This document shows, piece by piece, positions 13,027 to 27,261 of a stretch of DNA of 64,000 nt. Made by a program: the position numbers and the translations under genes. Below the pieces are notes generated by a model. The model did not search any database. It saw only the letters and a program-made list of their open reading frames with translations, and was not told the DNA's origin. Source of the stretch: Eledone cirrhosa (taxonomy: Eukaryota); assembly GCA_964016885.1 (NCBI GenBank), contig OZ024742.1, positions 121,768,001 to 121,832,000 on the forward strand. Reading direction: 5' to 3'. Position 1 is the first letter of the stretch. Each line of letters begins with the position of its first letter.

Positions 13027-13521
13027 ACACACACACACACACACATATTTGTTTTGAAAGACTTATTTTTCGGTGACTTCTCAATCCGCCGACACAAACC
13101 TACATTTGGCGCAAAATCAATTTTTAACATTCACATGAACTCTACCAATCAAAATTGTTTTGACCACAAGAATTTTTGCAACACGAATTCGCGCGAAACT
13201 TATTTTAATACATCTGGAGCCACTTTTTTTCACATAAAACAGGCAGAATTTCCAAAACTAATCAGATTAGAGCAAACATCACGGGCGCTCTATCTCAAAA
13301 TTATTTTTGAAAAGCATTAGAAATGCGCAACCGGTAAAACTTAAAACCAAAACTGAATACTAACCAATACTATTACTAATTTTCACTTATTCCTAATTAA
13401 ACTATTTTTCACTGTGAACAATTTGTCAGGATTTTCTTTTCCGTTTACCAATATATCATAACTCGTGTGTTACACCTCTATTCTTTTAAATATATATATA
13501 CATATATACATATATATATAC

Positions 13522-14598
13522 TCAGAGGTATCCACAGTAAGTTGTGGGGTCTATTTTGCATGAAGAACTCGATGTAATCCATATGTTGAAAATGTTGTAG
13601 GTTAAGATAAATCTCAGAAAACAATAAAACATTAAAAGGAAAACAGAGTCATGATATAAGTTAAAACAATGAAATAAAAAATCAAGTACGATCGTTTCTA
13701 GATGATGATAATACATTGTAGCTATACTCCGTTATTGATCTATGTAAGGTTAGTTACAAAATATCAGATAAAGAGAATATTTACTTACATGCATATCACC
13801 AGCTGTTTTCAAAAGCAATAATAATTTTATTCAATAATAATTTTATTCAATAATAATTTTATTCAGAATTAGTAGTATGTATCATGTCCTTATTTGGAGG
13901 TAGTTGAAGAACTAACGAATCAAATTGTTTTTTTCATATGTGTTAAGATGAAAACTAATACACTTTAGTTGAGGTCATGACCCTTTGAAAGGAATGGTTG
14001 AATGGTGTTAATAGTAGAATTGGCATAAACATCTATTAGGAGGAAAGGGATTGTCAAACTGATAGTTGAATGTATCTGATATAGTGAAGTTAAAAAGAAT
14101 GTCAAAATAAATGGCGATTAGTGTTGTATTGAGTTTTTAGGTGAATGTAAATTAAGGTTATGGCTAGGAAAGATAGTATATTAAAAGATGAAAATTATAA
14201 TAAGATAATGAAATACAGTAATGCGATAATATACAACTTAACCAACACAATATAGAACGGTGTGGTAAATTGCACAGCATATGATACGCTCTAAAATACT
14301 ATCAATTATGTTTATGCATAAATAATCAAACTCAGATAAATACATGCTGGCATAGTTAAAACAAATAAATTTCATAGATTACAAAGTGCATATATCCACA
14401 CTATATATATAGAGAGGTACAGTTATATTGATATCCAACAAAAAATATACATACGCACAAATAGATGCAAACCTAAATACACATTTACACATATGCACAT
14501 AATCATATACACACATATCCATACATATCTATATCCACACATACACTCCTATACCCACATATATACATATATACATATACACAGATATACATACACAC

Positions 14599-14677
<79 letters not shown>

Positions 14678-14827
14678 TATATATATGTGTGTATGTACAC
14701 TCCTCATACATGTACACACACTCATATATAAACACTCATACACCTATACTCACATATACACACACACAAACACACATATATATACATACATACACACACA
14801 CACATACATATACATATATACACATAC

Positions 14828-14892
<65 letters not shown>

Positions 14893-15935
14893 TAAATATA
14901 TTTCCATATCATACATAGATATATATTTACTCATGGAATTACGGGTGGTTGTGTACCTTGTTGCCTTTAGTCATTAACGCATAAACCTAAGGAAGCTAAA
15001 ACATTAAAAGGTAAAAAAGTAAGCATGAATGCATATAATTAGGGGAAAGAGGTACTAATAAATGTTACTCTATATAGAATTATAGTGAGTTGCTATTTAG
15101 AATATTTAATTAGGTTTATAGTATTTAATTAGGTTTATAGTATTTAAATGTTCTTCGTATACGCTGATTACAAACTATGATCAGTTCCTGCCTTTTATTT
15201 AATAAATCGTCCTTAGATTTAGTAATTTCCAAGATCTCCCCTGAACATAATCTGCATTCCCTCCTGTTCCCAAGATATGGAGTTCTTTGTAGAATGGTGT
15301 TCTACGGTAACTTTAAATCTATTTTTTTCTTTTTATAATTATTTACCGCTTCAGCTAAAGATGTGGTGTTAGCTAGTTTGATACGACTAGAGTGTGCGTA
15401 AAATCTTTTCTTAAATGTGTTTGATGTAGGTCCTATATATGTTTTGTTGGAGTCTGTAGTAGACACAGTGCATTTATATATTACATTATTAATCAAACAG
15501 TTGCCATTTAAGGGGCAAATGCTTCTATTTCTGCAATTACAGCCATACGTAAGATGGTTGTTATCTCATTAACCCTTGAGCTATTCCTATTGTAATTAAT
15601 GATAGCAGGAGAATGAAGGTTGCTTTGTGGGTGGTTTGGTGCTAGGGTTGTATTGTGATTTTGTGTTCTGTTGTTTTTGTGTTGGTGATTTGGGTGGTTG
15701 TGTTTTCTAGGTTGAAGGATTGCATTATTTGCCTTTTTAAAAGGTGCAGTCCTATTTAAATTATGTTGCAGTGGTGTAGTCATATTATTTTAAAGTTTAT
15801 AAATGTTGTAGTTGCTTATTTTTTTACAGAGATCAATAACGGAGTATAGCTATAATGTATTATCATCATCTAGAAACGATCGTAAAGCAGTGAAGTATAT
15901 CTCTAATGACTTAATTTTTTATTTCATTGTTTTAA

Positions 15936-15940
<5 letters not shown>
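13522..15940 (-). mobile_element. Truncated Penelope-like element with GIY-YIG remnant and inverted terminal repeat
   Basis: Minus strand CNCRNRSICPLNGNCLINNVIYKCTV..KTYIG..FKKRF (~15300-15545); 13654-13745 inverted at 15825-15940; arms carry HHR half GAAAC-GATC-GTA. Confidence 0.85.
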
Positions 15941-15985
<45 letters not shown>

Positions 15986-16120
15986 AATATTATTTATAGT
16001 TATATATACACTATATAAAACTATAAACAGGAAAAGGACATTAATTCATTACTATCTTATTACCAGTAAGAAAAATAGCTCAATATAAATACATCGGATG
16101 TTTTACAGAGCAGGAATATA

Positions 16121-19100
16121 AATTACACAATAATCAAAGCTATGTTTAAATCATTTTATTGCTGACAATCGTTTCTTCCAAACTTTCGTTCGGAATGATA
16201 GGAGCACTAGCAAAGTTTGGATATATGATTAACTTCCTATTCAACTGTACAATCATATAGATGCATGGATATTAATGTTGTCATCAACAGTTTCGTATTT
16301 ACAGAGTGGAATGGATGTAACAGAGATTACAAGGGAATAGTATAATAATTAATGAGGCATTAAGTAGAAAGTTACTCGTAAAACGAGGACACTAGCAGTA
16401 CATATGCAAGCGTATAGAGAGTGCAAATGCGTTAGGCATATACATGTCAGCTAGGGAGGAAACAAGCAATGGTACTAGGCATATATAATTACTGTATGGC
16501 AAAGGTATCACATTAAATAACATAGGTTTACAAGCTTATCAAGCAGGCAAAAATGTTTGTGTATTAAAATTATGAATTTATGGTAGATGTAGTGTGATGA
16601 TTGTTTCTGTATATGTTCAAATGTGTATGTGTTGAGAGTATCAATGTTATTGCTATCTTTTCCATCACATTGGTTACATTTTATTTTAGTGAATTTTTTT
16701 AATTAGTTACAGCTATGGATTGTATATTGGTCCTATTATACTGTTATCCAGGGTTCGAGTTGTTCTGGAGTGATTCTGCTGACGGTTTAATTTCCGGAAG
16801 TGAGTTTGAGATCTGTATTAAGGGGAACTAATGTGAAAGGGGAGGTAATTAGCGATTAATTTGTATATGATAGAAAAGAAAATATGTATAGTTGTTTACA
16901 GCTCCAATTAGTTAAATTCCTTGTGCTAATATACATTATATTGTGTTACAAGTGAATCCCTTTTATATAATGCTATTTATATTTAATTTTAAATACAATC
17001 TATTTTCCTATAATACATTAAAGGTCTCATTATATGGTTATCTATCCATTACTGAATAAAATATAAGTAAGCTATAGAAAAAATATATAGTTGTTTACAG
17101 GTCCAATTAGTTAAATCTCTTGTGTTATTAATATACATTATATTATGTTATAAGTGAATCCTTTATATATAATGCTATTAATTTATATATTATTTATATA
17201 TTTAATTATAAATATAAATTATTTTCCTATAATACATTAAAGGTCTCATTATATTATTTTGTATCCATTACTGAATATGATATCAGTAAGCTATAGTAGT
17301 TATATTAAATGGTGGTACCTTTATGTTTATTCCTACTAGTTATTGTAGAGTATAAGGTTTGAGATATATAGGAGTTAGGTAGAGGAATGAGCTGATCATA
17401 GAGTGTGATGCTGTGGGAGTAATCATATGCTGATAAGACCTAGAGGTGAAGTGTTAATGGTGGTAAGGAATTCAGATATGACATTATTATATACTAGCAG
17501 CTAGTTTTAAAGTTATGGAAAGAGTGTTGGTGGTAGTGTTGGCACATGGAAACAAATCTCTGATTTTCTATTTAAGAGGTCTAGTTTAGAATATATTATA
17601 GTGCAGGTCTCTAGAAGACAGAGGTTACATAATTTATTCGGTGATTTATACGATGCGGCCCTATCTATTACTTCCCATTGAAATGTATATGGTCTATTCC
17701 TAGTTTTCAGAGAGTGTATGTAGTTAGATAAAGAAGTGGAGTTGGCTAGATTGCGATTTTTGAAAGTGTGGAGATGCGAGTTATATCTCGTCTTGAAGCA
17801 GTTAAAAGTTGAACCGATATTTGTTTTTGAAGAGTTGTTTGTGTTGACTATGAATGAGTAAATGATATCTTTGATTGGGCAATTTTTACCTAAGGGGCAA
17901 GTTCTATTTGTTCTACAGTTACAGTTATTCTGGTTGTTTGCTTGCCGGTTACTATGTTGTGTAGATGCCTGGTTGTTAGGGATAGCATTAGGGTAATGAT
18001 GGTTATCGTTCTCATTGTTATTAATTTCATTAGTGCTATTACCATTATTATTATTGCTACTAGAATTCTCTGGTACTATGTTGCTATGTAAGTTTACCCC
18101 CTGTTGTGATTTAATTAGTTGGAAATAATTATTAATCTTCCTTTTATTACTACTAGCTATATGGTATGCGATGTTAGGAGTGGTAGAGTAAGAGATTTTA
18201 ATGGTATTTTTATTGATAAGATTATGGTATTTGTGGCCGACTGGGAAGTATTTTTCTAGGATTGAGAAGAAAGCCCTAGGCAAGTTGGTAGAGACGTTTA
18301 GATTGAAAGGGGTATTGAAAAATGTATTAGTTCTTCTATTTTTATTTTTTGTAATGTTATTTGAGGTATTGTTTATATTTCTGTTTATATTATTATTGGG
18401 GTGTTTATTCTGGTGCGAGTTAAGTTTGATATTACACTTCGTATTAGAGTTAGAGTGGCTAGTACTTTTATTATTTTTCCTCATGGCAATATTGGGAGAA
18501 ATAATGTTGTAACTAGGTGATTTTATAGGTAGAAATGTAATTTCATTTTTATGGCCTGATATAACTAACGCCTCATTATAGTATTGGGAATTATTGTTAA
18601 ATATGGTTTTATTATATGATAGATTAGAGATTCTATTTGATATTCCTTTAGTAATTGAGTTTAATATGGATTGAGGGTGATTAAAGTAGTTTTTCGTTTG
18701 GTTTATGAAAAGGTGTATATATTTTAGAGTCCAGGCAGAGGGTAGCATCAAGGAAGTTAACGTATTTAGTGTTTTTATCTAAGGTAATACCTAAGTTGAA
18801 GGTTTTGAAAATTTTATGTAATTGTTTCCTAGTTCTTTCCATATTAAATTTTTTATAGTCAATAAGAAGTAGTGCATCATAGCGGTATAAACCACCATTG
18901 AGGTAGGGTAGTGTCCTCGTTTTACGAATAACTTTCTACCTTAATGCCTCTTTAATTATTATACTATTCCTTTGTAATCTCTGTCGCATGCATTCCACTC
19001 TATGCCTCTTTAATTATTATACAATTCTCTTATAACCTCTGTCACATCCATTCCACTCTGTAAATACAAAACTGTTGATGACAACATTAATATCCATGTA

Positions 19101-19238
19101 TCTATATGATTGTTCAGTTTAATAGGAAGTTAATTATATGTCCAAACTATGCTAGTACTCCGAAAATTCCAAACGAAAGTTTGGAAGAAACGATTGTCAG
19201 CAATAAAATAATTTGAACATAGCTTTGATTATTGTGTA

Positions 19239-19240
<2 letters not shown>
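16121..19240 (-). mobile_element. Truncated Penelope-like element (RT C-terminal half plus GIY-YIG) with ~275-330-bp inverted terminal repeats
   Basis: 16121-16394 inverted at 18909-19240; arms contain a decayed HHR (TTGATGA..GAAACGATTGTC); ~200-bp tandem duplication in the 3' UTR (16870-17300). Confidence 0.9.
17513..18900 (-). pseudogene. PLE RT (GLYRYD motif, NFLD, thumb), Asn-rich linker and GIY-YIG endonuclease
   Basis: ORF 17513-18751: NHPQSILNSITKGISNRIS, KISYSTTPN, CNCRTNRTCPLGKNC, IIY..NIGST..FKTRY, CNLCLLE, LLNRKSE; upstream frame GGLYRYDALLL..VNFLD. Confidence 0.88.
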
Positions 19241-19269
<29 letters not shown>

Positions 19270-20579
19270 GTTCCGCCGCAATTTTGGTCTCTGATACTCC
19301 CCACTCCAATCATTTTACTCACATAAGCACAACGAAAACAAATAATGGTATAGCTATTTGAATTTACCATAGAGAAGGATTGATAAATATTTGATCTCAG
19401 TACGACATATTACACAAATTAAGAAATTAAGGAATAGAACTAAATATGGTAACATTTAAGTGACATTTGTCATCGTTCTATTTCTATGACAAACGTTTTA
19501 CGAAAGGTTTAGGAATATCAAATGTGAAACATGAGTGACAGAAGATATTGCTATAAATTGTTAGTTGTATTGTATGTTTGCAAACCTAATCCGGTTTCTC
19601 TGAGCTGTTGTTAAACTAACAATGTTATCGACGCAAACATAAACAAAAGCAAAAAAGAACAAGGAATGTTGTTTGAGATTGCATTCAATAATTAATCAGA
19701 AAGAAAACAGTTTTATCGCAAGAGAAAACAACACAAATAAATATAAGATTGATTCCTTCTAAAATACAACAGGCGTCTTCTACAACAATTTACTGCAATA
19801 CAAAAATATAAAACAAGAAATATAAGCTAAATGTAATTTCAGTATGAGAAAAGTATAATGTTTGTTGTAGTAGTTTTCAACCATCGCTACATAGTCTTCT
19901 TTTCTGACATAATGTATCTATGCCTACACTTTACGAAGAAACTAGTCTACTTGATCACGCTGTCCACGAAGATATATTGTATACAGACGAAGTGTTTGCA
20001 TTTGTTTCTACATAAAACGTTGACTATAATTTCAACGTTATATTATGTCGTACAGTATATCATCATGCAATGTGTCCTTCGATTTTTGAGACAATAGTGT
20101 GTAACTTGAGGGAGACGTTATTACTGGTAACAGGCCGATCAACCACATAGACGCATCTTAGGTAGGTCACTAATATTGTTTGTTGAGAATCGATTTGATA
20201 GACCTCGGTAGATCAGAACTTCAAATTTAATTCCTTCCTTCTTTACTTCTCAACCAGCTCAGCAACTGCAGCATTCTCCCCCTCTCTCTCTCTCCCTCTC
20301 TCTCACACACACACACACTCTCTCCGCCTCTCTCTCTCTGCTCCTCTCCCCCTCTCTACGTCTCTTTTACCCAATCTCATACGAAAGGCGAAACCCCAAA
20401 ACATCAGCTTCTATATTCCTCATCATAAATGAACTTATTGAACTTTCCTATCAATGCTCCTATTGGCTAATTGTTGCTGATGGCAGATCACACTAGCCAG
20501 TTTCAAATATTACACAATCGGTACACTAGGTTAATGATACTAGAATGCTGAAAGGCAGTACATGCAAATAATGAATTAT

Positions 20580-20670
20580 AAGTGATATCTTCATTACAAC
20601 GTGATATCTTAATTGCTATGTGATATTTTAATTACAACCTGATATCTTAATTACAACGTGATATCTTAAA
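20580..20670. repeat. 20-bp minisatellite, ~4 copies
   Basis: GTGATATCTTAATTACAAC repeated in tandem. Confidence 0.85.
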
Positions 20671-21867
20671 ATAAAGCAATCAATAATCCTAATGTTATAA
20701 TATAAATATTTATACAATCTGAATATATGAGGTTAATCAATAATAATTACTAACATATGCACAAAACCAATGATTTGGGAGGAGGAAATAGGTGATTAGA
20801 TTGATATCAGTAGATGATTGATACTGTATTTTATTGTTGCCATGTAGGTGATAGACAAAGTTGATCTCTGTGGGATTTGAACTCAGAACTTAGTACTAGG
20901 TAGAAAAATATCTCAAGGTGCGCGAAAATTTGTCGGACGAACTACCAATTCTGTCATTTACTTCAACTAAAATAAAATAAAAAAACTGAAGGGTATGTGT
21001 ATATATGTGGGCGTGTGTATATGCACATATACATACATTGATATGTATGAGTATATACATATAAACGCGCAAACATCGGCACACTTACAAAAATACACAC
21101 TCACAGACATACATTCACACAAATACATATAGATTCACACAAACACACACATACGTTCACACAAACAAACACACACATACATTTACACATACACACAGCG
21201 CAGCAACTAAGCCCCAGTTGCTGTTTTGCTATAGTTTTTTCATCATCCCCTTTCTTCCTCTTACACACATATACATTCACACAAATACACACAACGGATG
21301 GAAGTCGCACAAATTTATATATAGATGGTATGCCTCCCGTTTCTGCGTTCAAATTTTGCATACCTAGCTTAGGTTTGCACTTCATTTCGAGAGACGGTGG
21401 TAGAACTGATATCAATAACATGCTGTTTTAAAAGCCAATGGATGGGTTACATACTTTCTAAATTGTCACAATCTAGAGAAAATACATGTTTATATTTATT
21501 TACAAGCAAAATATTGTAGTTTCCTCTGCAGGAATAAATGCTGATTAATGCTACAACCATATGGAATTAATTAAAATGGGATCCATGATACTATTTGACT
21601 CTGTTGTAATTCTTAAACCTGTCATAATACGGAATATTTTCGGAAAGACCAATTTCAAATTTATCTTAATTATTTCCTGTTTGCCATTTGAATTAACTAA
21701 ATCTTCGGCAAAAACAAACCATTCGGGCACATCTACCTGGACACATGGTCAGTTAAAAATAGCGCAAGTATGTATTTCAAATAGACAACAACATTCACAA
21801 CATGAAAGTCTTATGGGAGAATGTGATCCTAGACAACCTATGCTGCAATAAAGGAAGGGAAAGTCAC

Positions 21868-22100
21868 GTGCATGGCCTAATAGTTAGGAAGCTTGACGTA
21901 AGATGTTAATATCGTCGGTTTGATTCCTGAACAAGTTGCTGCGTTGTGTTCATGAGCAAAAACACTTTATTTCACGTTGCCCCAGTATACTCAGCTAAAA
22001 GTGACTACTAGCAGTAGCTGGGGAGTTAAAGCTGCGATAGACAGGCGTCCTGTCCACGGAGAGTGTTGTACTCTCGGTCGCTTAATGCCAAGGAAACTGG
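21868..22100 (+). mobile_element. Degenerate tRNA-derived SINE (family C)
   Basis: A/B-box-like head, then GTTGTGTTCATGAGCAAAAACACTTTATTTCACGTTGCCCCAGTATACTCAGCT; related copies at 32370-32480 (+), 38560-38800 (-), 40150-40275 (-) and 53840-53995 (+). Confidence 0.75.
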
Positions 22101-22374
22101 GGAGGGGGTAAGAATTGGTTTGATGAGCCTTCCACTTAAAACAGACTTTACCTTTAACGTTACGATAGAAGCGTATTCGGTCATATGTGTGCTTAATAAA
22201 AGATGAACTGAATATAAAGACAAATAACAATAACAGGCTAGGGAAAACTAAAAAATGTTTTTACATATTCAAGTATATTTATAAATATATCTGCTTTTTC
22301 TTACTGAAATATTACTTAATGTTTGAAGGTGTCTCTCAACTAATTTTTGGTTTAGTTAAAACATTTAAGGCAGT

Positions 22375-22530
22375 GAATTGGTAGAGTCGTTAGAACGTCG
22401 GAGAGAATGCTTTGTGGTATTCGTTCTGGTTCTCTGTGCTCTGAGTTCAAAACCTGCAAAGGTCAGCTTTGCCTTTCATCCTTTGGAGGTCGATAAAAAA
22501 CACCAGTCCAGTCCAGTACTAGGGTTGATT
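22375..22530 (+). mobile_element. Degenerate family A SINE
   Basis: GAGTTCAAAACC..CTTTGCCTTTCATCCTTTGGAGGTCGATAAAA core. Confidence 0.8.
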
Positions 22531-23100
22531 CTTCTTCTATATCTCTTTCTCACTCCCTCTGTATTACTCTCCACTTTGAAGTAAATTGACTGTGTTCAGA
22601 CCTAGAGAGGGACGGGCTTCGTCAGGTTAAAATGCCCAACATACTTCACATCTATAACTCCATAAGGAGTCACGGCTCCATACATACCTTATTTAACAAA
22701 TACATGTTCGTAATAATTGAATTTATAATCGTATTCTCCACATGAGGTAGGTCACCCTTATTTTATTATATATTGTTCAGCTTTCTGATATATCTGCACG
22801 TTGTATTGAAGGCTGCGGTGGATATTGTTGAGTTTATTAATCTTGTTACTTCACTAGCACTATGTTCATCGTGACTGACTACATAAAAAGGGACGTAACT
22901 GAGTATATCAAGCACTTTTGTCTTTCACCACTGCCCTTCCTTCTCATCATCATCATACTAAATCTATTTTCCCTCACACCACTACCCCACACCCGATCAC
23001 TCCTCCTGCTCCACTTCCTGCTCTTTCCTTCTCTTCCTCACCCATATTCTCCTAATCCTCCATCTCTACTACTACCACCACCACCACCACCACCACTACC

Positions 23101-23174
<74 letters not shown>

Positions 23175-23465
23175 CTTCTTCTGGGCAAATATATATACAT
23201 ATATATATTACGTTATTACTCTACTTCAAGTTTCAGCGGACAGGCCGAGGCCATGCTGGGGCACCGCCATTATATATATATATACACACACACACACTGA
23301 CACATACACGCACACACACATATATATGTATGTATGTATGTGTGTGTGTGTGTGTATGTGCACCCCGGGTTCTTAATAAGTAAGGTACTCAATATATAGC
23401 AGAGTATAAATATTTTCCTGATGATTTCCTTCGAATGAAACAGTTCTAGTCATGTAGAGGCCATT

Positions 23466-23499
<34 letters not shown>

Positions 23500-23504
<5 letters not shown>

Positions 23505-23727
23505 GTATAAATATTTCGTATCTCCAAAGAAATACGGTTTTAGGAAGCCGTAGCTATGCAAACACCGCGGCGGGGAGGGGGGGGGGTCTAACGCAGAAGC
23601 AAGGGGAACAACCGTCTATGCATTTCAGGCTTAACTGGCCTTCGTCAGGACGGTCCCTCCCACCGCTTGCGATTGCTGGACTAGGAGACAGGCGAGAATT
23701 TGGAGATACGAAATATTTATACATATT
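23500..23727. mobile_element. 228-bp foldback mini-element containing a hammerhead (PLE terminal remnant)
   Basis: 29-bp perfect inverted arms 23500-23528/23699-23727; (TA)n immediately left; HHR inside. Confidence 0.8.
23611..23654 (-). ncRNA. Type I hammerhead ribozyme (minimal, palindromic stem III)
   Basis: ACCGTC-CTGACGA-AGGC(CAGTTAA)GCCT-GAAA-TGCA-TA-GACGGT: perfect 6-bp stem I, 4-bp stem II, ATGCAT stem III, AUA cleavage triplet. Confidence 0.9.
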
Positions 23728-23764
23728 GTATAAAGCTATGCTTGAAGAGAAATCCTATTTCTTT

Positions 23765-23809
<45 letters not shown>

Positions 23810-24019
23810 ATGTGATGTCCACACTCACACACTCACACATATATATATATATGTGTGTGTGTGTGTGTATGTGTGTTGTGTGTGGGAGAAAGAGTATGTG
23901 TGTGTGAGAATAAAAAAGGATAGAGAGACAAACAGACAACTGCTGCGACTAAGTCTGCTACTATATTGTTTCTGAACGTATCTATGAAATTAAAATACAC
24001 TGGTCGGAATTAACTATAC

Positions 24020-24083
24020 ACACATTCATGTACACATTCGCACATACATACACATACATACATACACACACATACATACACAC

Positions 24084-24114
<31 letters not shown>

Positions 24115-24176
24115 TACATACACATTGATGTACACATTCGTACATATATATTACTTGTCTACACACACATACATAC

Positions 24177-24215
<39 letters not shown>

Positions 24216-25500
24216 TACATACACACATACACACATACATACATACACACACATACGCACACATACATACACATTCATGTACACATTCGCACATATATAT
24301 TACTTGTCTACACACACATACACATACATACATACACACACATATACACACACATACATACATACACACATACATACACACACATACATACGCACACATA
24401 CATACACATTCATGTACACAATCGTACATATAGATTACTTGTCTACACACATATACATACACACACAGTCATACACACACACATACACACACACACACAT
24501 ACACACATACACATACATACACACACATACGCACACATACATACATACACACATACACACATACACATACATACACACACATATGCACATACACATACAC
24601 ACATACACATACATACATACACACACATACGCACACATACATACACATTCATATACACATTCGTACATATATATTTCTTGTCTAGACACATATGCATACA
24701 CACACAGTCATACACACATACATACAAACACATACATACATACACAGATACACATACATACATACACACACATACGCACACATACATGCACATTCATGTA
24801 CACATTCGTACATATAGATTACTTGTCTACACACACATACATACACATACATACATACACACACATACACACACATACGCATATACACACATACATACAC
24901 ACATACATACGCACACATACATACACATTCATGTACACATTCGTACATATATATTACTTGTCTACACACACACATACATACACATACATACATACACACA
25001 CACATACACACATACATACATACGCACATACACATACATACATACACACACATACGCACACATACATACACACACACATACACATACATACACACACATA
25101 TGCATATACACACACACATATACATACATACATACACACACATACGCATACATACATACACATTCATATACACATTCGTACATATATATTACTTGTCTAC
25201 ACACATATACCTACACACACAGTCATACACACATACATACAAACACATACATACATGCACACATACACATACATACACACATACATACGCACACATACAT
25301 GCACATTTATGTACACATTCGTACATAAAGATTACTTGTCTACACACATATACATACACACACAGTCATACACACATACATACATAAACACATACATACA
25401 CACACATACCTACACACGCATACACCCAGACACATACACACATATACACGCATACGCACATACATACAGACAGACACATATGCACTCATCCACACACACA
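24020..25500. repeat. Compound minisatellite: fixed ~45-bp core separated by variable CA/TA microsatellite spacers
   Basis: CACATTCATGTACACATTCGTACATATATATTACTTGTCTACACAC recurs ~9 times, 100-240 bp apart. Confidence 0.9.
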
Positions 25501-25539
25501 TATTCGCACAAACACACACACTCATTCTCACCCACACAC

Positions 25540-26088
25540 TATGTATACAGACGTACAGTTGTATGCCTATACATACATACATGCACACATATATATATAT
25601 GTACGTATGGGTTTACCGAACATTTATTATATATGTATACATATATGTATGTACGTATACATACTTATATTTAAGTATTCGGTACGCCCGGCCGACTAAC
25701 TCACTCGATATGCAAATTAGGCTGCTCAGCCGTAAATATGCATAAGGAAAGTATATACTTTCAAACGTTCAATCGACTTACAGGAAGGTATACGGTGCTG
25801 ATGACAGCTAATAAGCTAGAAACTAGTTCATCGTTCCTTTCTCAGTGTTGAACAGAAGGGTATCGATGGTTGCCGAACACTGTACGGCTTAGTTCGGGCT
25901 GTTTGTTTACAAACAAACCGAGCCTTATAATAAATTCTCGGTAAACCCATACGTACATATATATATATGTGTGCATTTATGTATGTATATGCACCCTACT
26001 GTACGTCTCTATACATATATGTACGTATACATACTTATATTTAAGTATCAGCCGTACTAAGAGTGAGAATTGAAATTTCATTTTTTCC
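25540..26088 (+). mobile_element. Diverged relative of the 466-bp HHR repeat (~1.2 units, ~370-bp period) with an inverted 5' segment
   Basis: Shares ATATGCAAATTAGGCTGCTCAGCCGT, CATAAGGAAAGTATATACTTTC, the HHR and TACTAAGAGTGAGAA with the 33.6-36.9 kb array; 25540-25619 is inverted relative to 25938-26017. Confidence 0.85.
25792..25834 (+). ncRNA. Type I hammerhead ribozyme
   Basis: ACGGTG-CTGATGA-C-AGCT(AATA)AGCT-A-GAAAC-TA-GTT-CATCGT; GUU triplet. Confidence 0.85.
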
Positions 26089-26225
26089 ACACACACACAT
26101 ATATATATATGTATGTATATATATATAATATATATATATATATACATATATATACATATATGTATATATATATATAATATATATATACATATATATATAC
26201 ATATATATATTATATATATATATAC

Positions 26226-26294
<69 letters not shown>

Positions 26295-26386
26295 TATATT
26301 ATATTATATTACCCACTCTACTACCTCAAGTATTGAGTACTTTGGTGCGTTATGGTCCACCTGGTTCCTTACCACATTTCCTTCGT

Positions 26387-26435
<49 letters not shown>

Positions 26436-26880
26436 ACATATATATATTATATATTATATATATATACATATATATATATATATACACATATATATATTAT
26501 ATATATATATACATATATATATTATATATATATATAATATATGTCTGTGTATTTATATATGTATACTTTACAGTAATATAAGCTTTACATACCAGTACCA
26601 TTATTACTTCATAGCTATCTGTTAGAGCCTGTATTTCTATGTACGTATATTCACGCACGCACGGCGTATTGCAGATATTTGCAGTATTTTTTCATGTAGC
26701 AATGTTTTTAACTACACGGTTTAATTAGTGTTGAGGAAGGAAAGTCTTGGAGGGATTTTACAGATGTTATTGACAGTGATGTGACATAAACGAAGAAAAA
26801 AAACCATTCCAGCAAACAAGAAGTCTAAAATAACATGGAATAATGAGATATACAGGTATGACGTTATGCCATTATATGCG

Positions 26881-27066
26881 GTGGATCGGCAGTATCGGTA
26901 GAGGGTCGGGCGCCATGCTTTGACGCATAGAGTTACGGCCCTTGCCATTTTCAGTTCAAATCCCGCCGAGGTTAACTTTGCCTTTCATCCTTACGGGGTC
27001 GATAAAATAAAGTACCAGTAATGCACTGGGTATTTGCTGGCCTTGTGCCAAAAGTAGAAACAATTA
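26881..27066 (+). mobile_element. Family A tRNA-derived SINE
   Basis: A box CGGCAGTATCGG, B box GTTCAAATCC, core GCCTTTCATCCTTACGGGGTCGATAAAATAAAGTACCAG (resembles the Meta-SINE central domain as I recall it), AT tail. Confidence 0.9.
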
Positions 27067-27080
27067 TATATATATATCAT

Positions 27081-27261
27081 ATTGGCAGTATCGGTAGAGG
27101 GTCGGACGCCATGCTTTCCAGCATAGTTACGTCCCTTTATGATCTGAGTTCAAATCCCGCCGAGGTTGACTTTGTCTTTCATCCTTACGGGGTCGATAAA
27201 ATAAAGTACCAGTAATGCACTGGGTAATTTGCTGGCCTTGTGCCTAAAGTAGAAACAATTA
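27081..27261 (+). mobile_element. Family A tRNA-derived SINE (tandem second copy)
   Basis: TGGCAGTATCGG, GAGTTCAAATCC, same core and tail. Confidence 0.9.

Noticed and set aside
15300-18000. Selenocysteine (in-frame TGA) at Cys positions of the PLE endonucleases, as reported for some Naiad PLEs
   Set aside because: The CNC..CP..C motifs I read here use ordinary Cys codons
24020-25500. CRISPR-like repeat-spacer appearance
   Set aside because: Spacers are low-complexity and variable in length, there are no cas genes, and the context is eukaryotic
24028-25674. 548-aa His/Thr/Tyr/Ile-rich ORF and the many YIYI, CVCV, HTHT and SLSL ORFs
   Set aside because: Translations of microsatellites that lack stop codons by composition
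26881-27261. tRNA genes suggested by A and B boxes
   Set aside because: No cloverleaf; the boxes continue into the SINE core and tail
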